From Chrysomallon squamiferum (Eukaryota; Animalia; Mollusca): DNA of 64,000 nt. The position numbers and the translations under genes were made by a program. The stretch lies in contig CM022672.1 in NCBI GenBank assembly GCA_012295275.1, positions 29,884,001-29,948,000 on the forward strand, written 5' to 3'. Below are positions 17,601-37,659 of the stretch, one piece after another (within the stretch, counting starts at the first letter, position 1; every line of letters starts with the position of its first letter). The notes beneath the pieces are model-generated. The model was not told where the DNA came from. It was given only the letters and a program-made list of their open reading frames with translations, and ran no database searches.

Positions 17601-18530
17601 CAAACCCTAACCCTAACCCTAATCCTAACTCTAAAGCTAACCCTAACCCTAACCCTAATCCTAATCCTAATCCTAACTCTAAGGATAACCCTAACCCTAA
17701 GCCTAACCCTAAACCTAACCCTAACCCTAACCCAAACTCTAATGCTAACCCTAACCCTAACCCTAATCCTAACTCTAAGGCTAACCCTAACCCTAACCCT
17801 AACTCTAAGCCTAACCCTAACCCTAACCCTAACCCTCAAATTATCTTGGACATTATCATAACACGTGTAATAGAATTTAGATTAACCAAGATCTAACGCT
17901 AACCCTAACCCTAATCCTAATCCTAATCCTAACTCTAAGGCTAACCCTAACCCTAACCCTAATCCTAATCCTAACTCTAACCCTAACCCTAACCCTAACC
18001 CTAATCCTAACTCTAACCCTAACCCTAACCCTAATCCTAACCCTAACTTTAAGGTTAACCCTAACCCTAACCCTAATCCTAATCCTAACTCTAAGGCTAA
18101 CCCTAACCCTAACCCTAACTCTAAGGCTAACCCTAACCCTAATCCTAACTCTAAGGCTAACCCTAACCCTAACCCTAACCCTAACCCTAACCCTAACCCT
18201 AACTCTAACCCTAACCCTAATCCTAACTCTAAGGCTAACCCCAACCCTAAAGCTAACTCTAACCCTATGTCTAACCCAATCTCAAATTCGAAACTTAATC
18301 GTACACAAGTCCCAAACACCAATTTTTACCCTAAAGCTAAGCGTAAACCTAACCATAACTCTACCTCACGTTGTAAACATAATCCTAGGCAACTACCAAA
18401 CATAAATACTTACCCTAACGATACTTCCAATACTGACCCTCAAATTATTTTGGACATTATCGTAACACTCGTAATGAAATTTAACTAACCCTAACTGTAA
18501 CGCTATTCCTAACCTTAACCGTAATCCTAC
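14665..18530. repeat. Expanded interstitial telomere-like satellite, spacer 2
   Basis: TTAGGG-strand units to about 15035, then tandem ~180-bp units on the CCCTAA strand. Long CCCTAA/TCCTAA/CTCTAA/GGCTAA tracts at about 16580-17280, 17445-17835 and 17895-18265. Confidence 0.9.
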
Positions 18531-19219
18531 AGATTACAAACGATTACCTGCAATAACAGAATCCAACAGAAATAAACGAAAGAAATAAAGCGGAAGCTAA
18601 CTCCGTAATGTGTACAAAACGCACAGAAGATCATATCCGTTAAAGCAACAATTTTTTCAGTTTGATTTCGTTTTCAGGTTTTATGGTTGACAGTGTTTTC
18701 TCTGAGGCCCGTGATACACGTGCGTTGTCGGTCATTCAAGAAACGTTTGCTATCAAATTGCGGAAAGTCGACAAAAATTAAACTGTTGACTTGAGATTTG
18801 ACGTCACAGTTAAAGCTATCAGTCTGGAAGTTGGGCGAGTTTACACGAACGATACAAGGTAATCTACAGAGTTGATGGTAAAGGCAAAACGTAGGCTTTC
18901 TTTTCCATTTATCGTTGACGAAGTTATTTGGAGCAATTCTCTAAACTGAAGGCAGTTAAACTTTCATGTTGCAGCAGTATTGTTTAAGTTAATATCTAAG
19001 TGAATGAGAGAAAGACGTTTTGCAGTACGGGCGTTTTGAGAAGATTTTAGAAAATGATTTTTGTTTTGAATTTTCAGGGATTCGCGTGAACGCTATAATA
19101 AAAAAAAGTGACCTGGTCTGCGGACCTGGTCTCCAAAGATGCCAGCCGGGACGTCCAGGTCAACTTTTTCTAGGTTTTGTGTATTTTGCCACTAATTTTC
19201 ATAATTGATATGTGATGTC

Positions 19220-20070
19220 GAAAGCGTCATTGCACGAGGTAATGACCCCTTCGAAACACCAGTGTTTTAAGAATTTCTCTCTTGGGCCGTTCCAATGCGG
19301 CAAAGTATTCAATTTCAACCCTTGAATATATTAAGTATTTAAAAAGTGTCATTTCATTAGATGGATTATCTCCCTCTATTAATTTTAGTGTATTCCAAAT
19401 TACCCTTACAGCTTTACTCCAGAGAAAAATCCCTAAATTCGATGCATAGTTCCCAGGTTTGTGTTTAATTCCAAAGATCATTCTACAGGGATTTAGTTTG
19501 AATTTGATGCCAAAAAGTTGTTTAAAAATGGGTTCAATACATTTAATAAATGATTTAGTTTTGCACCTGTGAAAAAAAAGCATGCAAGACCGAGTCCACC
19601 GCGACGCACACTAGGCACTGTGGAGTGGACTCAATCTTCCAGTCATAAAGATGTTTTCTAACTGCAACAACATGTCTAATCATTTTATAAATTAAATCAA
19701 AGTCATTACTTTCAGTTAAGCCGCAGTTTAATGTCTGCCAATAAATCCCGCCATTTTACCAATTTATAACTGACGTCATGATTTCACTTTCATGTTACAG
19801 TTTAAATAAGTCAAAGCATCACGAACGCCGGAAATATATCGATCTCTTCTTGTTCGAACATCGTGTGAAAATGATTCACAATCTTTTTCCAATCGATAAT
19901 CTATGTACAAACGCGTACATTCCATGAGGTCAGTATTTTCAAAAGACAGGAACCGTAATTCATCATGAAACCTGTCTGTAATGACCCCTGTATAAACGTG
20001 ACTTCCAAGTCAAGGCAGATTAAACGGGGTATATGACGAGATTTTTGCAATAATTATTCTGGAACTTGAT
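19220..20070 (-). mobile_element. Degenerate L1/Tx1-like ORF2 C-terminal fragment (best preserved copy)
   Basis: DLIYKMIRHVVAVRKHLYDWKIESTPQCLVCVAVDSVLHAFF, then a frameshift into ORF 19227-19583 (CKTKSF...MIFG...AVRVIWN). Confidence 0.65.
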
Positions 20071-20479
20071 TGCATTTATTATTATTATTAAATACTACTA
20101 CTACTACTATTATATGATGATTCTCATTACTAACATTGTTATTATTGCTATTACAACTATTATTACTACAATCACTGTTATTATTACTCCTACTATTTTT
20201 ATTATTACTATTGCTATAAAAGCTATTAGTTACTGATTCTTGCTGGTATGACCTGTACCCAGGTCAATCTGAAAGAGAAATTTGACTAGCAGGGTCACTG
20301 CGATCTTACCTGATGTAAAACTTGATGGATAACAGAACAGAAAAGAATGCGTGATCTTAAGCAACCCGTAAAACAACGAGTATCTTCTGCTTATTGAAAC
20401 AAAGCCTTATTTGGGCAGCAACATTCCCGCAGTGACTTGTAACCAATCAAATCTGTCCGCAATGAAATGTGTCGTTCGT

Positions 20480-21250
20480 AACGCTTCGTCATTAGATATA
20501 AAACACTGATGAGACAAGAACACCTCAGGTGTACGTTACCAAAAGGTACAAACCACTCGAGAACTCATAGCGACGGATACAGACGCCTTCGACGTTGTCA
20601 GAATCGTCACCTTGATCAGCAATCACGAGGTAATTTCGGAAAATGTGAATGTTGTCCCACAGTTCTTCTGCTTGGACATGACTCGCGAGTATTCAGACCA
20701 CAGCAACACGTTGCCGTTGCTGAGTCCAAGGACGTTCTGAAGGATTCTGGCTGCAAAGGAGTCTGATAGTTTTATGCTTATGAATAACACCACGACCTGC
20801 TGCCGGAATAAAGGAAGGACAGTCGTGCTGATTCTGTTAACAGTGACCACTAAAGACTTCACCTTTCCATACATTCCTCCCCACAACTTGACACACCCTC
20901 CACCACAAGGCACGACCTCCTGAACCGAGCGATAAACACGGTAAACACGACATCTTACATCAACTCTGAATAAACACAACCGGCTTTTATTGGTGAAGAA
21001 TACCCTCTGCTAGATGTTACGTTCGCAAACACCGGTCCTCAAGTTGCAGTGTCACTTTTGGTCTCTCTGTCCTTGTCTGTCTGATGTCGTATTTCTCTTT
21101 AAGCTTACAGCACAGTACGGGAACAAACAAAGGTTCTTGCGACAAAGGCACAGACAGCCCCAACATTGTGCCAGACCCTCGGCTTGTTTGACGTTGTTGC
21201 ATTTGTCATTCGTGACAGCCTTGTGGTGATTTTGTTGTCAGTATAGATGT
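20480..21250 (-). mobile_element. Decayed Tc1-family transposase
   Basis: VQEVVPCGGGCVKLWGGM resembles FGGGSVMVWGGI. NVLLWSEYSRVMS resembles VLPWPAxSPDMS. ERPKVTLQLEDR is also present. Confidence 0.75.
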
Positions 21251-21514
21251 GTGCCGTGTTATGCCGTCTATGTCGTTCTCTGATACATTAGCTGTATGTT
21301 TTATTACCTCTTTTCATAAGGCACGTGCTTTTCAGTTTTTCGTGCATTCTCATTATAACCGTAGATCATTATTCTTCAAAAACTGTTGCTACGTTTGGGC
21401 TTTGTGTTTTGCATTGATTACATTTCAGTTAACTTAGCAGTTTTTCTAAAATTTCATTTATGCAGTCTAAAATATATTTTTGCCATGTTTCTATACACAC
21501 AAACACATACACAC

Positions 21515-21615
<101 letters not shown>

Positions 21616-22159
21616 ATAATTTTATAATCTTTAATATTTGATCCAGAATTCAAATCTTTGTAACTCCCATTATAATTAACGTAAGATAATAATATTTTAT
21701 CCATAATTTAAGTCTTTATAATTCCATGCGAATCCCCAAGTTTCTGAGGATCCTCTTTTGTCTTAATCTCGTTAGTTAACATATTAACACTAACACTCTG
21801 ACGCTCAGACAAGCCCGAATTTTGAAATCTAAGCCTGTGATTGATGAGCTTCGACTTCCAGTATTGTCACCCAGATTTGAAATAAGTAAATTGTGTCTTT
21901 GTGAGGCTAACTCATAATTATGTAAGCAGGAAAATAACTGATGCTTCACAAAACACAAGAAAGTAAAAGATTGTTTTATTATTGCTATCATTTGTTGTTT
22001 TGTAAAAAGAGTGACAATATCCAGTATCGATTTATGTCTTTTCTTTGCTGTTCAAGATCATTAATTTTGTATTTTCATCACATTAATCTTTTGCGTCACT
22101 GTAAAAATACTAAAAGTGAAAGAGCATGTTCTGTTTATTGTGAAATACTTTTGTCTTGA

Positions 22160-22267
22160 TGATTTATCAGACTGTTTGGCATAATCTCTCTTAGCAACTA
22201 TTGAACTCAGGTGAAGGCAAAAGCTTATACGTGCTCCTGAACCTGTGTACTGGATATGTGTTATACG
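22160..22267 (+). other. Putative non-coding first exon of the lectin gene (start uncertain); paralogues end at 13053 and 42265
   Basis: Conserved non-repetitive block ending ACG|GTACGT upstream of copies 2, 3 and 5. The ATG exon is immediately preceded by an acceptor (TTACAG|ATG), which implies an upstream exon. Confidence 0.45.
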
Positions 22268-22275
22268 GTACGTCA

Positions 22276-22374
<99 letters not shown>

Positions 22375-22424
22375 GTATATCTATATCTATCTATCTATAT
22401 ATATATATATATATATATATATGT

Positions 22425-22463
<39 letters not shown>

Positions 22464-23010
22464 TTCGTTCACTTATTTGTTATTATTTATTTAACTAGAT
22501 GTTTATTATCATCATTGTTGATTTTCTTGTTTTATTTAATTATCTCTGGTTCCTTTTTCCTTCATTTTCCTCTTGCTTTCTTGTTTTTCTTTTGTGTTTT
22601 GTGGAGTTTTTTTTTTTTTTTTTTTTGTTGTTGTTGTGTTTGTTTTTATTTTATTTTACTTCTGTATTTATATATTTTTCTTCAGTTAATTTTCTTCCAT
22701 TTATTTATTTATCTATTTATCTGTCTGACTGTCTATCTATCTATCTATTTATTTATTATTTATTTATCTTTTTCGTATCGTTAATTTTTATTTCTTTTTG
22801 TACTTTGTGAAGTTTTTTGTTGTGTTGGTTTATATTTTATTTTACTTCTGTATTTATATATTTCTCTTCCTTTAATTTTCTTCCATTTATTTATTGATTT
22901 ATCTTTTTTCTTATCGTTCATTTTTGTTTCTTTTCGTAATTAAAACTAATTTAGCTTATTTATATTTATTTTATTAGAGAATTTCTTCAATTTTTTAAAA
23001 TGGTATTCTG

Positions 23011-23074
<64 letters not shown>

Positions 23075-23151
23075 CCACTTTAAAATATTTATGGTTGTGT
23101 CTACATTGACCGTATATTTCAGAAATGAAACTGTTTTAATATTCGTTACAG

Positions 23152-29164
<6,013 letters not shown>

Positions 29165-30358
29165 ACTTGTCAGTGAAACTGAATAAGAAATCAGAACTTT
29201 TCACTCGATGTTTTTGGTAATCTTTTCAGTCTTTGATCGAAGCTTTTTGTGGAATTGTGCGAAATTTTGTTTCACTGATTTTCATGTTTCAACTTTTATT
29301 GTCAGCAAATACTTTTGTTTATTTATTTATATATCTTTTTATTTATTCATGTTTAACTCTTCCTTAAAATAGCTTTGCGAGTCTAACCATCTCTTTAGAA
29401 TAATTCTGAATGTTCGTTTCTTCATAAAACTTTATAAGGTTGTAAAAGTAAATTACTTAATTAAAAGATAAATATTAAATAACTAAAATTTAAATGTTAT
29501 ATATTCTACCACAACACAGATCGTGTATAATATCAGTAGATATGCTGTAAGAACTCGTTTATTTCACAAAATTCACTGTAATTCATTAGTGTTGAAGACA
29601 TTACGAACTATAACGACGATAAAATCTCGACAAACTTTTCAAAACGTGCCTGTCATACTAAATTATTCATACACTTTATACATTTTCTATATTTCACTTA
29701 TAACTAACATATCGATCCGTACTCATTTATATTCGCATCATTTGCTAGCCCGAGTATCCTCTGGCGGAGAACAGCTCAGGCGGACATTGCTGGTTCTCCG
29801 CCAGAGATAAGTCTTTATCCTTTTTTGTCAGATTTTTGTTAACAATATGACTAACACCGATTCGACCACTATGTTTTCCTTTTACATTCCTCTAGATTAG
29901 TCATCTTCTAGTTCGCTGCTACCATAAAAAGTAACATGCAGTCGTACATGTTACAAAGTACTAGAAAAAACATGAGATTTCTGTCATGACCGAGGTTGAT
30001 TCAAACATGTCCGAATATTTCCGAATCGGTGATTTATGATAGGTTTCTATTTGGCAAAACCGGATTTATGCACGACTTACTTCGGTTTTCCTGTCGGTTT
30101 TCACGACAGAAAACTATTCTTTATAATATCTTTACAAACTCATCAAACGACGTTCAATATAATCATTAATATACAATTAATAATGTCTTGTGCTTCAATT
30201 AATTCATTTTATAATGCCTATGGAGGAATGTGATGCATTACCAAGTAGGACAAATAAGATCACGTGAACTATTTTCGGAAATTCCCTTTCGAAACTGTTT
30301 TTTTTTACAAAACAAACCTTTGCTAATAATTTTACTGGCCTATTCATAGTGTTTGATA

Positions 30359-30558
30359 NNNNNNNNNNNNNNNNNNNNNNNNNNNNNNNNNNNNNNNNNN
30401 NNNNNNNNNNNNNNNNNNNNNNNNNNNNNNNNNNNNNNNNNNNNNNNNNNNNNNNNNNNNNNNNNNNNNNNNNNNNNNNNNNNNNNNNNNNNNNNNNNNN
30501 NNNNNNNNNNNNNNNNNNNNNNNNNNNNNNNNNNNNNNNNNNNNNNNNNNNNNNNNNN
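30359..30558. other. Assembly gap (200 N)
   Basis: Run of N between the 3' flank of copy 3 and an intron of copy 4. Confidence 1.
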
Positions 30559-31018
30559 CTCTGTATCGAAAATATTCGCAAATCCGATTCGATTTTCGGA
30601 AAATTGTGTAATCAGACAACGACATTAACATTGCTTTTGACGTGCACGTAGAAAATACACAGCGACAGTATTGAAGCTTAATGTTCTTGCTTTAACAAAA
30701 TTGTAAAAGTTTATGTGGTTTGCAGTATGCAACAAAGGTAAAATATTTCTTACACGCAACAGAATACTGCCATTTCTAAAATCTTGATTGAACATTTTCT
30801 TTTACCACAATTTTACAAAGACTTCGTACTAATCCAGTGTAAATTGTTATTGTTGTTGTTCTTGTTGTTATGATTATTATTATTGTTGTTGTTCTCACTG
30901 TTGTTTTTATTGTTGATGACGATGATGTTGATTTTAAATCTTTTATTTATTTATTTATTTATGTATGTATTAGTTAAATTAGTATTATAAATATTAGTAT
31001 TGTTGTTCTTGTTGTTGA

Positions 31019-31082
<64 letters not shown>

Positions 31083-31220
31083 TATTATTATCATCATCAC
31101 CATCGTTATTACTATTATTATTATTTATATATTTACTTATTTATTTATTATCATAGTCATCATTATATTACTATTATTATTTTTATATTATTATGATTAC
31201 TACTATTATTATTATTGTTG

Positions 31221-31273
<53 letters not shown>

Positions 31274-31308
31274 TATTTTTATTAGATATTGATTTATTTA
31301 TTATTCAG

Positions 31309-32907
31309 AGATGGTGATATATGGTTCGGACTGTACTATGACGTAGATCAAGCTAATTACAGCTGGACGGACTGTACTGACCTGGGAAGCTTTACGAACT
31401 GGCACACATCTGAACCAGACTTTATAGAAGAAGACAGATGCATACGAATACACACAGACACGTTGAAATGGAGAACGCGGTCTTGTAAACGTCAACACCA
31501 CTACATCTGCGAAGTGCCTCTAGGTGTGTACCAACAACAAAAACAAAACAACCACGACATCATAATAGTAGTAGTAGTAAGAGTAGTAGATGTAGCTGTA
31601 GTTGTAGTGGTAGTTGTTGTTGTTACCAACAATAGTAATAGCATCCAGGGCAGTAACTCTAATCTTGCTTTGTTTAGTATAAGAAGCCACAGCAGTTTTA
31701 TTAGTACTGAAACTACAATAGAACAATAATAGCTTATACTCTCGTTTTCTTTAATAGTTTGGCTTTATCATTAATACATAGCAGTACTGGTAGAAGTATT
31801 AGTTGTAGTAGTAGTAGTAGTAGTTGTTGTTGTTGTTGTTGTAGCGGTAGCAGTAGCAGTCATAGTCATGGTAGTTTTATTAATGGTACAAGTAGTAGAT
31901 AACGTTTATATCTGTAACTGTAGTTCTTTTGTTGTTGTTTTTCAGATTCTTGCTGGTTTGATGCTTACACACACAAAACTTTAACCGGATATTTAGTTTA
32001 TATAGGATTAACCGACTTGCCCTGGTGTAAGGATGTCTGTCTGACATTAGATGAGACAAGCAGAGAGTGCGTGGCCTTCACCTTCACGGAGAAAGCCGAG
32101 TGTCTCCTTTTAATGGAAAACAAAGTTTACGTAGAGAACAACATTCCTAGCATGGAATTCAAGAAGAGAGCGACAACATCAGTAAAGCGTTGTTATCTAT
32201 GTAAGTTCGACTTTTGTTATAGATGCGTGACTTTTAGCATTAAATTATCAATTCTTTTGTAATAATGCACCACTTTATTACTATCATAGTTCTGCATCCT
32301 ATAGCAAAGGACAGAGATTTCTTGCATTCAGTTTCTTTATCAAAAATTTTGTTCATTACACATTAACGTTACTGGAAATACAATGTTGCTTCTACCTTTC
32401 AAAACCTGAAAGAAAAAAATACATGTTTGTTTATAATGTGAATACTACCGATCTTCCTCACACACACACACACACACACACACTCACGCACACTCTCACT
32501 CACGCACAGACACAGACAAGGACACACACACACACAGGCACACGCCCACAAAAACACACACATATATACACACTCACTTAATTCCGCTTGGTCAAAACTC
32601 GCCAATAAGGTAGGCCAGCTGTATTTGTGTTCCGACGTAGAAACTGTTGTTGTACCTGTAATTCTTAAAAGTACACTGTCAGCCTTTACACATGAATACT
32701 AATATATACGTACATACGTGCATGCATACATACATACATACATAATATATATATATATATATTCTCAAAACACACAACTCTAATAAACTTTGTTAACGAA
32801 ATAATTAAACCAACAGTTATTTATAACAGGAATAACAGCAGCAGCAGTAAAGGAAACATTAACAACAACAATATTAATACAATAATAATGATGATGACGG
32901 TGATGAT

Positions 32908-32946
<39 letters not shown>

Positions 32947-33932
32947 CGTACGTCAAACGTTATTTGAATTAGATATCTACGTTTTCCAGATAACGTGATA
33001 AATGAGGTCACCAGTTACGTTGATTCATCCATAATTCCTCACATAAACTGTACAGCTCCGACTGGACCGATATCAGCTGCACCAACATCATCTATGACTA
33101 TACAGGAATCATCGACGTTGCTGGAATGTTCTCCACTTGTATGTAGTTGTGAATCGTCGTACCTGTCATGTCCTGTTACTAAATATGTCACCACAGAGTT
33201 CTCTACCTTTATCCTAAGCTCAACGGAGTTATCTACCTCTGTTGAAATGTCAACGGAATTACCGACTTTTGCCGTCTTTTCGACTGAGATAACTAACGTT
33301 CGTTACGAATCGCCCATATTCACTTCTTCACCGACCGTGATGTTTTCCTTTCTAGAAACGTCGTCACAACTACTACACTGTCCAGGTGAGTTCCTGCTCA
33401 ATGATTGTTTGCAGATATTTTATATTTTGCACACCAGCGAAATAACAAGCAGAAGAAATGAAAACATTTAACCTTTTTCTTATTCAAAATATTTTAATGC
33501 CTAACTGAAAAATTATAAGTTTGGAACTTCACAGTAGTAATTGAAAATAAATAAATAAATAAATAAATAAACAGTATTAGTATTTCATATCTCTCTCTCT
33601 CTCTTCATTGGTATATTGGCTCACTGATTTGTTCTCGGTCTTAATGATACGATGTATTTTCAGAATGTCTGTGCAACAGTTCTACACCCGTGTTTCACGG
33701 AGAGAACGACACATCGATGTACACCAGTAAACTTGCCTTGAACAAAACCTCGCTTTCGTCCCATCGCCGGAAGCTGACGTCAGCAGATGACCGAAGACCA
33801 AGTTCAGTTATGATCGGCTCAGTCGGATGTGCTTTTATTGCTGCAGTTTTCTCCTTACTTGTTCTGTTAGACTGCAACAACCTGATACGAATTATTTACA
33901 ACGTGTTTCCTAAAAACGACCCTCAGCCATAA
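31309..33932 (+). CDS. CTLD-PAN-mucin stalk-TM receptor, copy 4 (5' exons missing at the assembly gap); exons 31309-31523, 31946-32200, 32990-33385, 33664-33932
   Basis: Same exon sizes and splice sites as copy 3, EPD-type CTLD, open frame. Confidence 0.8.
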
Positions 33933-35228
33933 ACTTGTCAGTTAAACTGTATAAGAAATCAGAACTTTTCACTCGATGTTTTTAGTAATCTTTCCAGTCT
34001 TGGATCGAAGCTTTTTGTGGAATTGTGCGAAATTTTGTTTCACTGATTTTCAAGTTTCAACTTTTATTGTCAGCAAATACTTTTGCTTATTTATTTATTT
34101 ATTTATCTTTTTATTTATTCATGTTTAACTCATTCTTAAAATAACTTTGCGAGTCTAACCATCTCTTTAGAATAATTCTGAATGTTCGTTTCTTCATAAA
34201 ACTATATAAGGTTGTAAAAATAAATTACTTAATTAAAAAGTAAATAACAAAAAACTAAAAATTAAATGTTATATATTCTACCACAACACAGATCGTGTAC
34301 AGTATCAGTAGATATGCTGTAAGAACTCGTATATTTCACAAAATTCACTGTCATTCACTAGTGTTGAAGACATTACGAACTATAATCGCGACAAACTCTC
34401 GACAAACTTTTCAAAACGTGCCTGTCATACTAAATTATTCATACACTTTATATATTTACTATATTTCACCTATAACTAACATATCGATCCGTAGTCATTT
34501 ATATTCGCATCATTTGCTAGTCCGAGTATCCTCTGGCGGAGAACAGCTCAGACGGACATTTTTCTGGGTATCGCTGGTTCTCCGCCAGATAGAAATCTTT
34601 ATCCTTTTTTTTGTCAGATTTTTGTCAACAATATGGCTACCACCGATTCGACCACTATGTTTTCGTTTTACATTCCTCTAGATTAGTCGTTTTAGATTTC
34701 GCTGCTACCATAAAAAGTAATATGCAGTCATACATGTTAAAAAGTACTAGAAGAAACATGACATTTCTGTGATGACCGAGGTTGATTCAATCATGTTCGA
34801 ATATTTCCGAATCGGTGATTTATGATAGGTTTCTATTTGTCAAAACCGGATTTATGCACGACTTACTTCGGTCTTCCTGTCGGTTTTCACGACAGAAAAC
34901 TATCCTTTATAATATCCTTACAAACTCATCAAACCAAGTTCAATATAATCATTAATATACACTTAATAATATCTTGTGCTTCAATTAATTCATTTTATAA
35001 TGCCGATCGAGGAATGTGATGCATTACTAAGTAGGAGAAATAAGATCACGTGAACTATTTTCAGAATTCCCTTTCGAATCTGTTTTTTTTTTTACAAAAC
35101 AAACTTTAGCTAATAATTTTACTGGCTTATTCATAGTGTTTCATAGGATAGATGTTTTTGTTTAGTGTGGGTTTATTTTTTATTCTCTTTTTATTTATTA
35201 ATTTTTGTATTATTATTATTGTTTTTTT

Positions 35229-35259
<31 letters not shown>

Positions 35260-35941
35260 TTATTATTATTATTTAGTTGTTTTTTTTATATTTATTTTTG
35301 TTATTGTTGGAGTTTTTTTGTTTTTTTTAGTGTATGTGGTTTTTGTTTTGGGTTGTATTATATAATTTAAAGTGTACATGAAGAAAATTCAGACTTTAAA
35401 TTACTTTATATATTTAAACTGTTAATTGTCTTTGTATAAACTTTCTGGTTTATATATTCAAGTGAGACGTGGAAGACTATCTGAAATTCAAGTCTGTTCT
35501 TAGAAACTTTTGAGCGGCATTGTACTTTGTGGTCTATTATGTAACTAGTAAAATGTAACTAGCGAAAATAAGGCACATGTTTCGAAAAAACATCTGCAGA
35601 CAATATGTTTGCGTTATTGACATCAGAAAGTGTAGCATACTAGTAACTCGGTTTTAAAATATATATCTAAACATAAATTTGTTTTGTGTCAGAAATGTCG
35701 ACTTGTTGTGGTGTCCACGAAACGAAAACGCGATCCAGAGTATTCCATAGAGCGAGGCATGTTCTGTGAACAAGCAATGGTTACAAACGCGTTTTCAATT
35801 TTTCTTTGACGTCATTTCATGACGTAATGAAAAAGCCTAAGTATTTCGAACCTGAAAGTTGTTTGTTAGGGGTTGGAAATAATATAAAATTAACGGTAAT
35901 ATGACAATAACAACAGCAGCAGCAAGAGTAATAACAACAAC

Positions 35942-36005
<64 letters not shown>

Positions 36006-36109
36006 CATCATTTTCATAAAAGCAAGAGCAGATGGAGAATTTAAAAACCAGGATTGATGAGATTGGTACAAAATAACAGAGGAGATTCCTTTGTTCTCTT
36101 CACCATTAA

Positions 36110-36600
36110 AGGTAGCATCAGGTAAGAATTAATGTTGGGGACTTGCATAGGATTAGGTTCAGAAGTTGAGCTAGTGTTAGGGTTAAGGTTAGATTTAGGG
36201 TTAACCTTAGAGCGAGAGTTATCTAAATTTTAATACGAGTGTTATGATAAAGTCGAAAATAATTTGAGGGTCTCGATTGGAAGTACCGTGAGGGTAAGAA
36301 TTAATGTCTGGGACTTGCGTTGAATTAGGTTTAGAATTTGAGATTGGGATAGGATTAGGGTTAGGGTTAGGGTTAGGGTTAAGACTAGAGTGAGGGTTAT
36401 TTAAATTTTATTACGAGAGTTATGATAATGATCACAATAATTTTAAGGTCACAATTGGATGTAGCATTCGGGTAGCATCAAATTATTTTGGATAGTATTA
36501 TAACACTCGTAATACAATTTAGATAACCATATCTCTAAGACTAACCCAAACCCTAACCCTAACCCTAACCCTAGCTCTAACTCAACTTCTAACCCAAGTA
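36110..36600. repeat. Inverted telomere-like satellite, spacer after copy 4
   Basis: Paralogous to 7525-8025, with the same strand flip near 36470. Confidence 0.8.
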
Positions 36601-37659
36601 TTATGCAATAAAACATTGTAGCAAGCGAAAACTCTGAAAATTAAAAGCCGTTAAATGGTGACATCGTCTAGAAAAGTAAAATAATAACAAAACATGAAAT
36701 AAAATAAAATAAAACAAAATTAAACAAAATTGAACAAAAATAAAATAAAACAAAATCTTGATAACAGATTAGAAACGATTACCTGTAATAACAGAATCCA
36801 AACCTAAGTAAAGTGTATCAGAATAGATTTCATCTATTCCGGTATATTGCAGTATGCAGCACACTACTATCATGAACATTTTATAATCCACTGAAAAGGT
36901 TATTGCTGGTGCAGAGGTGAGATTCAAACGATATCTAAAAATGGTTTCCACAAACTCACTCCAGTACAGCATGCTTGAAATATCGCTAAACGATTCAGTC
37001 GTAGGAACGGTACTCGGTCGTTAAGTGTGAAGTGTCTCCAAAGTAGAAATAAACGAATGAAATAAAGCGGAAGCTAACTCCGTAATGTGTACAAAACGCA
37101 CAGAAGATCATATCCGTTAAAGCAACAATTTATTCAGTTTGATTTCGTTTTCAGGTTTTATGGTTGACAGTGTTTTCTCTGAGGCCCGTGATACACGTGT
37201 ATTGTCGGTCATTCCAGAAACGTTTGCTATCTAATTGCGGAAAGTCGACAAAAATTAAACTGTTGACATGAGATTTGACGTCACAGTTAAAGCTATCAGT
37301 CTGGAAGTTGGGCGAGTTTACACGAACAATACAAGGTAATCTACAGAGTTGATGGTAAAGGCAAAACGTAGGCTTTCTTTTCCATTTATCGTTGACGAAG
37401 TTATTTAGAGCAATTCTCTAAACTGAAGGCAGCTAAAATTTCATGTTACAGCAGTATTGCATTGTTAATATCTAAGTGAATGAGAGAAAGACGTTTTGCA
37501 ATACGGGCATTTTGAGAAATTTTCACAAACTGTTTTTTGTTTTGCATTTTCAGGGGTTAGCGCGAACGCAGACCCCCACACTAAAAAATTACGTACTCGA
37601 GTTAAAAAACACAGTAATATTGGTCTGCGGGTCTGGCATCCAAAGCTGCAGACTGATTA

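Noticed and set aside
16564-18322. Long VR- and GL-repeat ORFs
   Set aside because: These are direct translations of TTAGGG-type repeats, with no gene context.
14665-18530. True chromosome end-to-end fusion site
   Set aside because: The telomeric tracts sit inside a ~180-bp satellite unit that recurs in each spacer, and homologous array sequence continues on both sides.
18530-20070. Telomere-targeting Tx1 retrotransposon inserted in the TTAGGG array
   Set aside because: The ORF2 remnant ends about 0.7-1 kb from the repeats with unrelated sequence in between. No tail or target junction is visible.
30204-30651. ORFs containing X runs
   Set aside because: Artefacts of the N gap.
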